NCBI GenBank assembly: GCA_001600815.1
Contig: BCKZ01000009.1
Span: forward strand, 460,194 to 524,193
Direction: 5' to 3'
Length of the DNA stretch: 64,000 nt
Source of the DNA: Alloascoidea hylecoeti
Taxonomy: Eukaryota
In this document: positions 10,909 through 22,523 of the stretch, piece after piece
Layout of the letters: every line of letters begins with the position of its first letter
Position numbering within the stretch: position 1 is the stretch's first letter
Translations under genes and position numbers: made by a program
Notes under the pieces: generated by a model
The model's database searches: none
Told to the model about the DNA's origin: nothing
The model's input: only the letters and a program-made list of their open reading frames with translations

Positions 10909-11229
10909 ATGCAACTCTCATACTTTTACACATTTGTTATATCGTTCATCGCTTGTTTCACTGCATACACAGTGGCTGCGGATACTGACACGGCCACGGA
11001 CACCGCGACAACCCCGACGACGACATCAGCCACATTAATATATGTCACCGTTACAAATGCAGCCGGTGGTATAGTTGTTACACAGTCTCCATTTTCTCAA
11101 AAGTTTTCATCTTTTTGGACTACTGTTGATGTTCCTAAAGCTGGGACCATTGGACTTGGGACTGTAACTCTCACTGAAAACATAGGTAAAGTGAGGACTT
11201 ATCCGACTACAACAATCAAAAGGAATTAA
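10909..11229 (+). CDS. Second KRE1-domain protein, secreted form with no GPI signal
   Basis: Signal peptide, D/T-rich stalk, KRE1-type motif (YVTVTNAAGGIVVTQSPFSQKFSS...PKAGTIGLGTVTLTENIGKVRTY). Ends PTTTIKRN-stop with no hydrophobic tail. Confidence 0.8.
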   Translation: MQLSYFYTFVISFIACFTAYTVAADTDTATDTATTPTTTSATLIYVTVTNAAGGIVVTQSPFSQKFSSFWTTVDVPKAGTIGLGTVTLTENIGKVRTYPTTTIKRN

Positions 11230-11873
11230 ACTCAACACTATTATACATTAGTGTTAGATATCTGAATGTAACTTATACTATTAATTATATGCAAAACAGA
11301 TACGAGTTGCGTATACGATTTTTACGGACACTTGGCTACAGATTTTTTAAGAAATGAAGAATACAGCTAAATATAGAATCTGGATAATGAATAATATAAT
11401 GGACCTATGATAATGGGTAATAAAAAACTATAATTAATATTAATGTTTGCAAGAATGTAAGGATGTGTACATTACACTGTATAATCACGAATTCATAATT
11501 ATAATTACAAGTTGACTTTGAAATAATAACACAACAAAGCTATTGATAAGAACAACCTCGAAATTCTAATCTGAAATTGAGAGGTTAACTATAACTAACG
11601 TATAAATAATAATTAATCATAAAATTTAAACATCACTTTCGTACAATTAGCTAGAGTTACCTTCAATTGGATCATATTGAATAAACGGCACAAAACCCTA
11701 CTCTCACATTTACATACTACAAGTAGAGACAATGATAATAGAAGTTAAAAGGAAGTTGAATTAAGGTACATGATTTCATAAATAGTTGACTTTATCTCCT
11801 AGTCTATTATCATATATATATATAACCAAAACATCGGATAATTATCATCGACCAGTTAATGTGTGTTAACTCC

Positions 11874-12346
<473 letters not shown>

Positions 12347-12416
12347 TTTGTAATATTATTGTATTGTTAATAGTTGAAGAAAGATCAAAAATGAGCCATA
12401 GTTTTTTGTTGCCTTC

Positions 12417-12549
12417 CCCTAACACCCATGCATCATCGATTTGAGGCGTGACTGCTGTGTATATTTCAGCATGAACTCTCTAAAACTGGTAGTCTCTTGT
12501 AGTCTCTATGAATAAGCCCTAATATGCATTACATAATCCAAGGCTTATT
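12417..12549 (-). promoter_or_regulatory. RPS30 promoter with Homol-D, Tbf1-like and Rap1-like motifs
   Basis: CAGTCAC on the gene strand (12448-12454); CCCTAA at 12417-12422 and AGCCCTAA at 12515-12522; ACACCCATGCAT at 12422-12433. Confidence 0.5.
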
Positions 12550-12635
12550 ATTGCTGTAGCTTTGCTCACAGCATACATTTATAGTACTTATATGAAAATA
12601 CATCTTCGTTTAAATTTAAATAACTTTACTATCAT

Positions 12636-13426
12636 TTATTCTATTATAATTAATAAAGCAAATGTAACTAGTACCAGCTAAAATATTGATGTTAGTTTTA
12701 GAGCAATTACTTACTAAATAACAAATGAAACATACTATAAAAGAGATGGAAAAGACGAAGATTATTGAAGCTCTACTAGCAGGCATCTTGTCCTTTTGGA
12801 GTAATTTCTGAGTAGAAAAATATCGAGATGTTCCTAATATTAAGACGATTATGGAAGCAATAACAAAACATCCTTTTTATCTTATGTTAATTCATTGTAA
12901 AAGTTTTTAATTGCACTGTAATTGCAAGAGTGCCATATTATGGCCAAAGTTAGCTACGTACCACCGATACCGTTGCCTGCTTTCCGCAGTTGCTCTTTAT
13001 TTTCCTTAACAAGCCGAAATAGTTGTGTAATACCGACACCGATTGAAGAAAATGCAAGACTGGTTCTATTCCACGCCAAAAACGTCCTTTCATTTGCAAG
13101 CTATTAAAGTAGTGTTAGAGATTTAAACATATAGCCCCATACCACACAGGGTTTCCGCCAATCAATCCAAATCTTACATGATCTCTTGCAACTGCACCTT
13201 TGTTCTCTAAAACAACGGACTTATAGTTGCTCAAGTGTAATATATCGAGGGTTCTTTCAAGCCACCCTGGTTGGACAATGTCTCCATGGGAAGATGTTTC
13301 TTCCACTAGGGCATTGTCAGATTCAGTTTGGGTGAATTCAGTGTCTTGAATATGACTTCGCGAACGTACTGGAATGACTGACTGGTTTGTGGATACAGCC
13401 ATAGCAGTTTTGGGATATCCTGACAT
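12636..13426 (-). CDS. DUF202 (YidH-like) small membrane protein, 4 exons
   Basis: Spliced translation gives ARDH|LANERTFLAWNRTSLAFSSIGVGITQLF (DUF202 signature) followed by two more hydrophobic segments. First intron 13101-13177. Confidence 0.85.
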
Positions 13427-13557
13427 TCGCTGATATTTAATGTAGCATAATATGTAGACTGCTGTAGGATTTTATCTGTACAACTAAAAACTTTCGTCAT
13501 TCATCACCAGGATTTGCAATTGAATCGCGATATAGCATACACAAATTTGTAAAAAAA

Positions 13558-14367
13558 ATGGAGGATGATAGTCTTGATGTCCCACTCTCCTTATTTGACG
13601 AGCCCGAAAATTTTTATAAACCGCCGCCAGAGCCTACTTTCATCACCTATTCCCGTGTTTCCAGCCAGCTCCACCCAATACCGAAACCTCGTGATTTAAC
13701 TGTTAGACTGATTGGAAAATCACCATTATGGGGCCATCTATTGTGGAATGCTGGTAAATCAACTACAAATCATCTGGACGCAAATGGTGATACTCTATGT
13801 AAAGGAAAAAATGTTCTTGAGTTAGGAGCTGCTGCTGCTTTACCAAGTTTTATAGCTGCCATCAACGATGCTAAAAAACTTGTCATTACTGACTACCCCG
13901 ACCCTGACCTCCTGGAAAATATCAAATATAATGTGAACAATTGCACCGCTTTGACAGATGATATGCGCTCTAAAATGATCATTGAAGGCCATATTTGGGG
14001 AAGTGAGCCTGAACAGCTTTTACGTTTCATTAATCCTGATATATCAAACTCTTCAGATTTCAAAATAAAATTTGATCTCATCATCCTCTCAGATTTAATT
14101 TTCAACCACACTGAACATCACAAGTTGCTTACAACGTGTAAAGAAACAATTGCACCAGATGGTATCATCTTTGCGGTTTTTTCCCCACATAGACCAAAAT
14201 TAATTAAAAAAGATTTTGCTTTTTTTGAAATGGCTGAGACTGAATTCAACTTCAAATGTGATAAAATAATAGAGCAAAAATGGTCTCCTATGTTTGACGA
14301 AGATGATCCAGATACTGTTGAGATAAGAAGTATGGTTTATGGTTATTTTTTAAGACCTAATTGGTGA
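13558..14367 (+). CDS. EFM7: Protein N-terminal/lysine methyltransferase Efm7 (Nnt1)
   Basis: SPLWGHLLWNAG, VLELGAAAALPS SAM-binding motif, TDYPD, DLIILSDLIFNH. Confidence 0.93.
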   Translation: MEDDSLDVPLSLFDEPENFYKPPPEPTFITYSRVSSQLHPIPKPRDLTVRLIGKSPLWGHLLWNAGKSTTNHLDANGDTLCKGKNVLELGAAAALPSFIAAINDAKKLVITDYPDPDLLENIKYNVNNCTALTDDMRSKMIIEGHIWGSEPEQLLRFINPDISNSSDFKIKFDLIILSDLIFNHTEHHKLLTTCKETIAPDGIIFAVFSPHRPKLIKKDFAFFEMAETEFNFKCDKIIEQKWSPMFDEDDPDTVEIRSMVYGYFLRPNW

Positions 14368-14473
14368 GTCTTTTGTTCTTTGCAATTAGGGATGCATTGT
14401 GTAAATAGAATTATTTTTCATTACGACCATTCCATTTTCAAGACTATTTTATACAGATTTATCTCATATATAT

Positions 14474-15235
14474 AACCAGCAACAAATATAAATTATTAAA
14501 AATAGTATTATTAAAATATTAATCTCATAATTCTGGTAATATATGTTTTATTTTTATTTTTGTGAGTTTCGTTGCGGTGTGAATGTTCTTCTAGGCTTTA
14601 ACGGGTTGAGTTCTCCTGTTCCAAGCTTCCGAAAAACATCTCGCGAAGGTATTGTAACAAGTGTGACATCGGTGGATCCTAGCCATCGTTGAAATGAAAT
14701 ATATGTTTCTATACTTTATTTGTCTATAGTTAGGTATAGATATCGATAGAAAGTACTCGGTATATAAAGAAAATAAATCTATAATATAAATTTTTAATTT
14801 GATACTATTATGATTTAAACTCAACCCTTTACAACTAATTACTCAATATGACATTGAAATGGATGAAATCAATTGCAATAGCTCTTGTCACACCTATCTT
14901 TGTTAACTTCAGATAATTGTGTGTAATTAGTGCTTTCCTTCTCTCAGATGTCAGAATTCCACTCTCGAATAGTTTTCAGGGGATCATCGAGCAATGTGGT
15001 GGAAAGTACTAATTACATATAATTATCCGGAAAAAACAAAGTAGATGCGTATCGAAAGTTTGGAGCTCGTGGACTCAATACTCTGAATCCTGGGAGAACG
15101 TTCACACCACAACAAGATTTACAAAAATAAAAATCAAACATATATTATCAGAATTATGAGATTAGGTAGATTTCAATAATACATTTTAATAACTTATATT
15201 TGTTGCTGGTTTTGCAATTCGTGCTTGAAATGTAA
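14474..15235. mobile_element. Non-autonomous long-TIR element, family A copy 2
   Basis: Inverted blocks AACCAGCAACAAATATAA (14474-14491 / 15194-15211), TAATCTCATAATTCTG (14520-14535 / 15149-15164) and GGTGTGAATGTTCT/AGAACGTTCACACC. Same TIR sequence as 8.8-9.85 kb; left outer end truncated. Confidence 0.8.
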
Positions 15236-15686
15236 CTTAGCGTTGCCTAATATGTCAGCAAAACTTTGGAGCTTCAGCTCAAGGTTAATTCTAAATGAAT
15301 TAAAATCCAAGCAAGTGATTGCAATATAAAATTTAGAATAAGAAAAGTTTCAAATAACTTTTCATTTTATCTCTATCATAGAGAAGTTACGAGAAAGATT
15401 AACTGACCACATATTTAAGCGTTCTTATAAATGTATAATAATCTAAAGCCTTTTGGTTTGGAGTATTTACGTATACATATGCCATGGTATTTTTAGATTA
15501 ATATGAAATTATGATTTTTCAAAAGGTAATCACATTAGTATAAATATACAGTAACTACGTTACGGTATTATATATATAGATCCCCTTTTCTGTTTCACTA
15601 GATTTATCATAAATTATCCACAACTGATAGTTCTGGTGTTTATATACGGTGGTGTATATAGGCTTTCATTCAAGATTCTTAAAGAG

Positions 15687-15733
15687 ATATGCATATGCAC
15701 AGTTATTGCATACGTAACTGTGCATATGCATAT
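15687..15733. repeat. Perfect 19-bp inverted repeat (hairpin, 9-nt loop)
   Basis: ATATGCATATGCACAGTTA-TTGCATACG-TAACTGTGCATATGCATAT. Confidence 0.95.
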
Positions 15734-16186
15734 TAGGAAAATACAGGAAAGTATTTGCTTTCAATTATTTGATTGAATATATTTTTTCTTATACCCAGGT
15801 CTAGTTTACAACTATAGTAGTATAGTAGAATTTTTGCTTCTCTTTATATTGCTTTTAATTCACCATTGGGTATCAATCGGTTTGTAAGCCCAGAATAGCC
15901 AAACGGTATCTGGAGTTCATATTACATCTTATATATTCGTTTATAATCAAGTTATATATAATTGATACTTTACCACTTCATGATCAGAGGGAACCTCAAA
16001 AACAACAGTTAGTTATAATTATGTTGTACGTATAGTAGCTGATATCGATCATGATAAAGTTTTAAAATTGGGTCAATCTCATTATTACTTAATAATTGCA
16101 ATATGCCTAAAATTAGCAGCTATACCTATTTATGATGAATTCAAAGTATGATATATAATTTATACAAGTAAACTAAACAGCTTTGA

Positions 16187-17953
16187 TTAAATGAAATGAT
16201 TTAATCTGAATAATCTTAGTTTTCCGCTTTGATTTCCAATACTTAGCATTTCTCCACCAGAACTGAAGGACATCGCAGTGACTCTTCCCAATGGAGTACC
16301 AGAAGTTGGCCAATTTCTAAACACAGTAAAACTGGGAATATGTGCAACTCTCAAAGCGTCTTTTTTGGCACTACTTGCAAATACCAACATTTGACCATCT
16401 GGTGAGAACAACAGATTGCTGATACTTGTAACGAGCTGATCAAGAGTTGCAACTTGTTTATAGACTGAATTGACGGAATTTTTCTTTCGAAGAGTTTCCT
16501 TCTTTGTTCTATCGTAAATATTTACTATGCCACTTTTCGATCCAACTGCGCACCATCTATCGCCTTTACCTCCAAAAGCTATTTTAGTGATGCCAATACC
16601 GGTATTATCAGTCCACCTATCTACAAACCGTTTTTCTTCAAGGCTATATTCCCACACATGTCCCGCAGTATTTATAATACTGGCAGTTGTACCATTATAA
16701 TGCCATGTAAAGTCAGCAATAGATCCTTCAACTTTTGCTCGTATAACTAATTGACCATTTAAGGCAGATAATACATTAAGCCATCCTCCACTTCCAATTA
16801 GCCCAATGTATTTACCACAAGGAGATAATTTAAATTTTTCAAAACTTTTTTGCGTCTGCTCATACCCTCCCATTCTTGTAATCTTTTCAACTGCTTGAGT
16901 TTCGATATTCCAGATCCACATATACCTTCTTCGACCTGCACCAAATACTCTTCTTCCATCTGGATGAAATTGAACTGTCTGAAAAGGTGATCTATTTACA
17001 TATAAAGAAGTAATTTCTTTATTATGTGTTCCATCAATGTTATATATGCGTAATGTTTTATCGTAACCACCCGTTATTAATAGTGGATGTGTTGGATGAA
17101 AATTGATCATTTGAATTGATGCGGGAGCATACTGTTCTTTACCCAATCGACTTGGATCTTTTAGTCTTGCAATATCAAGTGTTGAAGGGGGAAGTAATTT
17201 AGTTGTTGTTATTCCGGAGTATTTACTACTTGTTTGTAACAATTGTTCTAATTTAGTTTTATCTTCATTCTTAGACACTAGTGCTTGCTCATCTTCTTCA
17301 TCGATATCCATTTCATTATCAGAATCCTCTTCATCAGAATTATCGAGTTTTAATTGTTTTTCATCATCAGTAGCCCATTTGGTTTTGGGAAACATTCTTA
17401 CATGTAAAGCACGAAGTCGTCGCATATATTCTTTACCGCTGACTGAAGTATCTGTTTCAGTATGTCTTAACTTCTTCAACTTGTTTGAAGCAACAATTGA
17501 AATCGTTAATTTTTCATCATCACTATCTGACCAAGCAGCGCTACTATCAGAGTCAGCTTCTGATTCCAGATCTGGTTCTTCTTCATCAGTTCCACTCTTT
17601 TTATCAATGGCATTATTTGTCCCATCATCCATATAGAAAAGTAAATCTGCATCCTGAATATTGGCCAAATCTGCTTCTTCCTCAATATTCTTTTCATTAT
17701 CATTTGCAAAATCCTCAACATAAAGACCAGACTCAATATCCAGCTGCTTCAAACTTTCTTCAAAGCCTTCTAAATCACCAAAGACAGCTTTTTCTAAAGC
17801 TATTTCTTCAGCATCCTTTTCTGGTATCTCGACCTTTTCAGTAGACTCCATGTCAATATCATTATCAACAAACTTCAAGCCATTTAAGACACCATGTCCT
17901 TCATTATCAGAACTGTTTTGAACCTTAGACCTCTTAGATTTTCTCTTGCCCAT
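16187..17953 (-). CDS. UTP18: SSU processome WD40 protein Utp18
   Basis: LEKAVFGD, AAWSDSDDE, LKKLRHTE...GKEYMRRLR, WD40 repeats, C-terminal TVFRNWPTSGTPLGRV. Confidence 0.95.
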   Translation of the reverse strand: MGKRKSKRSKVQNSSDNEGHGVLNGLKFVDNDIDMESTEKVEIPEKDAEEIALEKAVFGDLEGFEESLKQLDIESGLYVEDFANDNEKNIEEEADLANIQDADLLFYMDDGTNNAIDKKSGTDEEEPDLESEADSDSSAAWSDSDDEKLTISIVASNKLKKLRHTETDTSVSGKEYMRRLRALHVRMFPKTKWATDDEKQLKLDNSDEEDSDNEMDIDEEDEQALVSKNEDKTKLEQLLQTSSKYSGITTTKLLPPSTLDIARLKDPSRLGKEQYAPASIQMINFHPTHPLLITGGYDKTLRIYNIDGTHNKEITSLYVNRSPFQTVQFHPDGRRVFGAGRRRYMWIWNIETQAVEKITRMGGYEQTQKSFEKFKLSPCGKYIGLIGSGGWLNVLSALNGQLVIRAKVEGSIADFTWHYNGTTASIINTAGHVWEYSLEEKRFVDRWTDNTGIGITKIAFGGKGDRWCAVGSKSGIVNIYDRTKKETLRKKNSVNSVYKQVATLDQLVTSISNLLFSPDGQMLVFASSAKKDALRVAHIPSFTVFRNWPTSGTPLGRVTAMSFSSGGEMLSIGNQSGKLRLFRLNHFI

Positions 17954-19589
17954 TTCTATCTATATTTTTGTCTGTGAATAATTTTATTTTTGTTTAGGTT
18001 AAGAAAATTTAGGAAAATAATTGATGCCGTCACATGATCATACTGATATTTTACTATGCTGTAAATTACCTAGTATGAGAATTACCATAAATATACAGAT
18101 CTAGATCATCTAGCTATAGAGTTAAGTTCAATAACTTAATTACTTTCCTTTTCATTATAACCTGTTTTAGGATATTGCCTAATTGATCCAACTTATATAT
18201 ACTTGTATCTTTAGTCTTCATGGTAATAATTCTATTGGTAGACTTATAAGCTTGAGCAGAATTCCGGAAGTATCTAGTATATCTAGCTTGAAATTGTGTT
18301 TTGGGGGTTTTGAGTCTACGGGTATCAATTTTTTACCTTTTTTTTTATCCTTTTTGTTATCTGGCTTAAACTGAAAATGAGGGTATTTGGTATAATTATA
18401 GATCACCTACCTTCAAACTATGAAAACAATGCTAGCTGGTATTGAATAGAATAGCTGTAGAATGTCAGACCTAGGATCGAGTACAAGTGCAATAAGCTTA
18501 AGATTATTGAAATGGGAGCACCGGCTGGGTTTACTGTAATAGCGTGTTTAGTGATATGCGTGTGTACCAAATTAGATAAAAAAACTCCTTTTACTTTCAT
18601 TAAATTCAAAATAATGTGAGCGCGTCTAGTGTCATCGATTCAACAAAAGCAGGTCCATTAAATTCACCAATTGCAATGTTTCGAAGTTAAGCTCAATTAA
18701 TAAAGACTCATGTATATTGTTTAAAATCTATTATGACCAACGAGACGTAAAGGTCGGATATGACCAATCAGAAAGGAAAAAGACTGTAGTATCGACTCTC
18801 CTACCAATATTGTTAGAATACATTATACATGTTACATAAAACTAAGAGTTCATACTAACATTGGTACAGTATGGTTGATCACGACTCATGATCATGATCA
18901 TGATCGAGTTCTTAAATGCGTGTTTCTTATTTTTACTGTAACACTACTGGCTTGAAATTTACTGTGAATTATATGAAACCATATGATTGTCTGGATCTTG
19001 AATTGGATGCGCTAAATTACAGTATTATAATTAATGATTGACCTGTACCCGAGCTCCTTTAAAAGTTGAAAATTGGAGAAACAAGTAGACTACGTATGAT
19101 TCTCTATTAAACTATTATACTGGCATACAGTGCAATATGCATCGAAGGATTTAAACCTCGCTTACAAGGATACTTTATTGTGCCATCAACCACCAAATTT
19201 TCTGTTCGATTATACGGACTAACACCTTTGGTTTTTAATTTGAAGGTTTCACCTACAGGAAAAACTAAGTCCAGAGATTAAAATGGTGGTAGTATGAATC
19301 TTAGACTATTTCGACAAAAAACAAGAAGGTTATGAACATTAGTCCGATGGGATATGCGATGATTTTGCATCCAGCCTCCATGCTAGGTTACGAACTACAA
19401 AGAGAAAATGCATGTGGGAAGACGCACTGGCGCAAAGAATACGCATGCACAACACCGTGTTTGGTCGAGATATGGAGAGCTGCATGAGATAAGCCTACAC
19501 CCCGTCACCCACATACGAAGCTGCAAGCTTATTATCTTGCTCTTTTTCCCACCATTTCCACCAAATAGTTCACTCCCACCTCCGATTAA

Positions 19590-22523
19590 ATGGCTTCGTC
19601 TACTATCCTGCGTACCCATTCGCCCACCCCGTCCCCATCCCGCCCGGGTTCTCCTATGTCCTGCGGTACTCTCTCTCCCCCTTCTGTAGATCAATGTTCT
19701 CCACGCACCATCGACATGGTCACGGCTTTCGAGGATATGGCTGCCCAGAAGGAGAGAACCGGCACCATTGGAATGGCTTTGCTAACAAAGAGCTCAGCAT
19801 CCGCAATGCCCTCTAACTTTCACAAGAAAATAGAAAATAAACTGAAAACCATCGAACACTCAAATACCTTTGAATGGGATTTTGACGACAAGTCAATGGA
19901 CAAAATCCTCCCTGCGAAACGATCTCATTCAATATCGGTGCCAACTCTCACCTCTAAATATTCAAACATATCTTCAAGCTCTACATCAAGTTATGCTTCA
20001 ACATCAGACTCTTCAGCAATTCCAAATGTATATCCAATTTTTGCGACTCAAGCTGTTTCGGCCATCCATAATCATTACTCAACTCCTTTACCCCCAACAG
20101 ATGAGGTCTTTCCGTGGCTGCATGGTCTGCATAAACAAAATTCCTCCCAACGATCCTTCCTGGACCCAGCCCGTCCAAAACAATATTTTTATGCGTTCGA
20201 TCCAAACTATATGCCTCCCGCAATACCCAATCCTTCGTCATATAAAGGACTGCTATTGGTTAAAGTGGGCAATCAAATTGCTGGTAGTCTAATTGGGTCA
20301 GTGATGGCACAAGATATCTTAAAGATCCCTTCTGATGTTGAAGGGCTAAACTTAAACACCATCCTAGGGAAAGGTTCATTATTATCCCAACTACCATTAT
20401 CCTTTGCACATTTTAGAAAATCGAGCTCAGCCACATCCAACTCAAATGCCGATTCTATTTCCCCATCAACTTCGATTTGTTCCTCCTCCTCTTCTTCGTT
20501 TTCATCGCAATCATCTACATCATTTTCCACTGCAATCCCAGCTTTGGATTTTATCTCTTCCTCCAAGCAAAGAAAGCAAGTCGTCAAAATATGCAAAGAA
20601 CTGCAACTGTTACCAGAGTTTGTTGATCTAGATCCTCCCGCTGGCATATCTTTACGCAATTTTCATATACAAGTAGCAAAATTCGCTACTGTTTCAGATG
20701 TTATTGTGTATGGTGATGGCACTGAATCCCCAAAAGAAGTGGAGAAGACTGCAAAGTTAATTTCTTTGGCCCAACAGGTAGTACGAAATAATCAATTAAA
20801 AATGTCTGTAGCAGAATCATTACCGGTATATAAGACATTTGTTTTAAAGGATCCGTTTAATGAAATATCCAAAATAGCCCCTGAACTAATTCATATTCCA
20901 TATATTTCTTCATCAACTTTATTTAGCGTACCAAAAACAATGGCTGAACTTAAGGATGTCGATGATGCCAATGAAATTCTAAAAAGTGCCTTATTACATA
21001 ATTGGGATAAAAATTACTTATTTAGAGAACAATTAGAGATGAGCATATTGTCTTCAAGCTCAGTAATTGAAAATGGTGTGTGGCTTGGGAACTTTGCTGA
21101 TGTTGGTGCTTTTGAAAGATATCAACAACAAAAAAATAAAGATCATAATATAGAAGATGATAATAAGGATAATTATAGACTGAGCAGTTTCCCAAACAGA
21201 CTACTTTCACTGGAAGAAGCAGATTTAATTAGTGAAGTATTATGGCACGAACCACCATATTCTATTTCTACATCAAAATTAACTGGTCGTGTTTCATATC
21301 CTAAAGAGTCTAAGAATTGGAAGACATTTGTTTCTTGCACTGACACTTCGACGTTTCCAAATATAGAAGATATAGAAAAATTATTCGAGATTACAACAAA
21401 AGATGATAAATCCGCTTGTGAGAATGAATTGACAGTTTCAATTGAATTCCCTAGTTCCGGATCGATTGGACTCGGAGATATGACTGAGTCCGATCTACTA
21501 TGTTTTATTAATGTTTTAAAATTGATTTATATTCGATCATCCGATAATACACCAACATTATTTTTTTGTAATGATGGATATACAGAAACTAGCATGCTGG
21601 CTATTGCTTATATTGTTTACTCTAAAGGAGTTACTGTTGCGGAAGCATATAAATTGTTGCATACGACTTATAATAGGCCTTTCTTCACATTTTCATCTGA
21701 CAAGGATTTATTATCACACCTACAAGACTTTATCTTACACTTTTCTCCCGTGAGGCTAAATAAAGACAGTAATCATAGCTGGAACCCATATATATTGGAT
21801 AAACCAAAGAACGGATTTAGATCTGTTTCGAGATTACTTTTGAATCCAACTGTTGAAGATTGGTTCGTACGATCTGATGGCTCTTTACCATCTAGAATTT
21901 TACCTCACCTCTATTTAGGAGGAATCGCCCACGTTAACAATGTCAAAATGTTGAATGAGATAGGGATCAAAAGAATTATTTCTGTGGGTGAGGCTTTTAA
22001 TTGGCTACCTATAAATAAAAAATATATCGAATCGGAGATCGTTAATGAAACTTATCAAATTTTTAAATTGAAGCCAAATTGTGAAAGTCTGGGTAATATC
22101 AGAGAAATTCTATGCATTCCATTGATTCAAGATGATGGAATTGATCAACTTTCACAGTTCTTAGAACCATGTCTTAATTTTTTGGATGAAGCACATAAGA
22201 AAAACGAACCTGCATTGGTTCACTGTAGAGCCGGCGTGTCTAGATCAGCCACAATTTGTATTGCTGAAGTGATGAAGAAATTAGATTTGGATGTTGCAAA
22301 AGCTTATCTTTTCGTTAGAGTTCGAAGGCTAAATGTCATTATTCAACCAAATCTAAAGTTTATGTGGGAACTATTTGTTTATGGTGAATGGCTGAAAAGA
22401 GATAAATTAAAGAAATTACCCCTTACAGAGAAAACGGGAAAGCAAAGATGGCTACGAGAGGTTGATTGGCATATTTTTTGCCGGGAGGTTTATCTAATGA
22501 ACTCAGTATATATCTCTAGTTAA
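19590..22523 (+). CDS. PPS1: Dual-specificity protein phosphatase Pps1
   Basis: VFPWLHGLH, GISLRNFHIQVAK, CNDGYTETS, DGSLPSRILPHLYLG, catalytic VHCRAGVSRSAT. Confidence 0.92.
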   Translation: MASSTILRTHSPTPSPSRPGSPMSCGTLSPPSVDQCSPRTIDMVTAFEDMAAQKERTGTIGMALLTKSSASAMPSNFHKKIENKLKTIEHSNTFEWDFDDKSMDKILPAKRSHSISVPTLTSKYSNISSSSTSSYASTSDSSAIPNVYPIFATQAVSAIHNHYSTPLPPTDEVFPWLHGLHKQNSSQRSFLDPARPKQYFYAFDPNYMPPAIPNPSSYKGLLLVKVGNQIAGSLIGSVMAQDILKIPSDVEGLNLNTILGKGSLLSQLPLSFAHFRKSSSATSNSNADSISPSTSICSSSSSSFSSQSSTSFSTAIPALDFISSSKQRKQVVKICKELQLLPEFVDLDPPAGISLRNFHIQVAKFATVSDVIVYGDGTESPKEVEKTAKLISLAQQVVRNNQLKMSVAESLPVYKTFVLKDPFNEISKIAPELIHIPYISSSTLFSVPKTMAELKDVDDANEILKSALLHNWDKNYLFREQLEMSILSSSSVIENGVWLGNFADVGAFERYQQQKNKDHNIEDDNKDNYRLSSFPNRLLSLEEADLISEVLWHEPPYSISTSKLTGRVSYPKESKNWKTFVSCTDTSTFPNIEDIEKLFEITTKDDKSACENELTVSIEFPSSGSIGLGDMTESDLLCFINVLKLIYIRSSDNTPTLFFCNDGYTETSMLAIAYIVYSKGVTVAEAYKLLHTTYNRPFFTFSSDKDLLSHLQDFILHFSPVRLNKDSNHSWNPYILDKPKNGFRSVSRLLLNPTVEDWFVRSDGSLPSRILPHLYLGGIAHVNNVKMLNEIGIKRIISVGEAFNWLPINKKYIESEIVNETYQIFKLKPNCESLGNIREILCIPLIQDDGIDQLSQFLEPCLNFLDEAHKKNEPALVHCRAGVSRSATICIAEVMKKLDLDVAKAYLFVRVRRLNVIIQPNLKFMWELFVYGEWLKRDKLKKLPLTEKTGKQRWLREVDWHIFCREVYLMNSVYISS

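Noticed and set aside
18183..18609. Short ORFs between UTP18 and PPS1
   Set aside because: No recognisable motif, non-ATG or weak starts, and no coherent spliced model.
18887..18905. CATGAT x3 palindromic microsatellite
   Set aside because: Short simple repeat with no further support.
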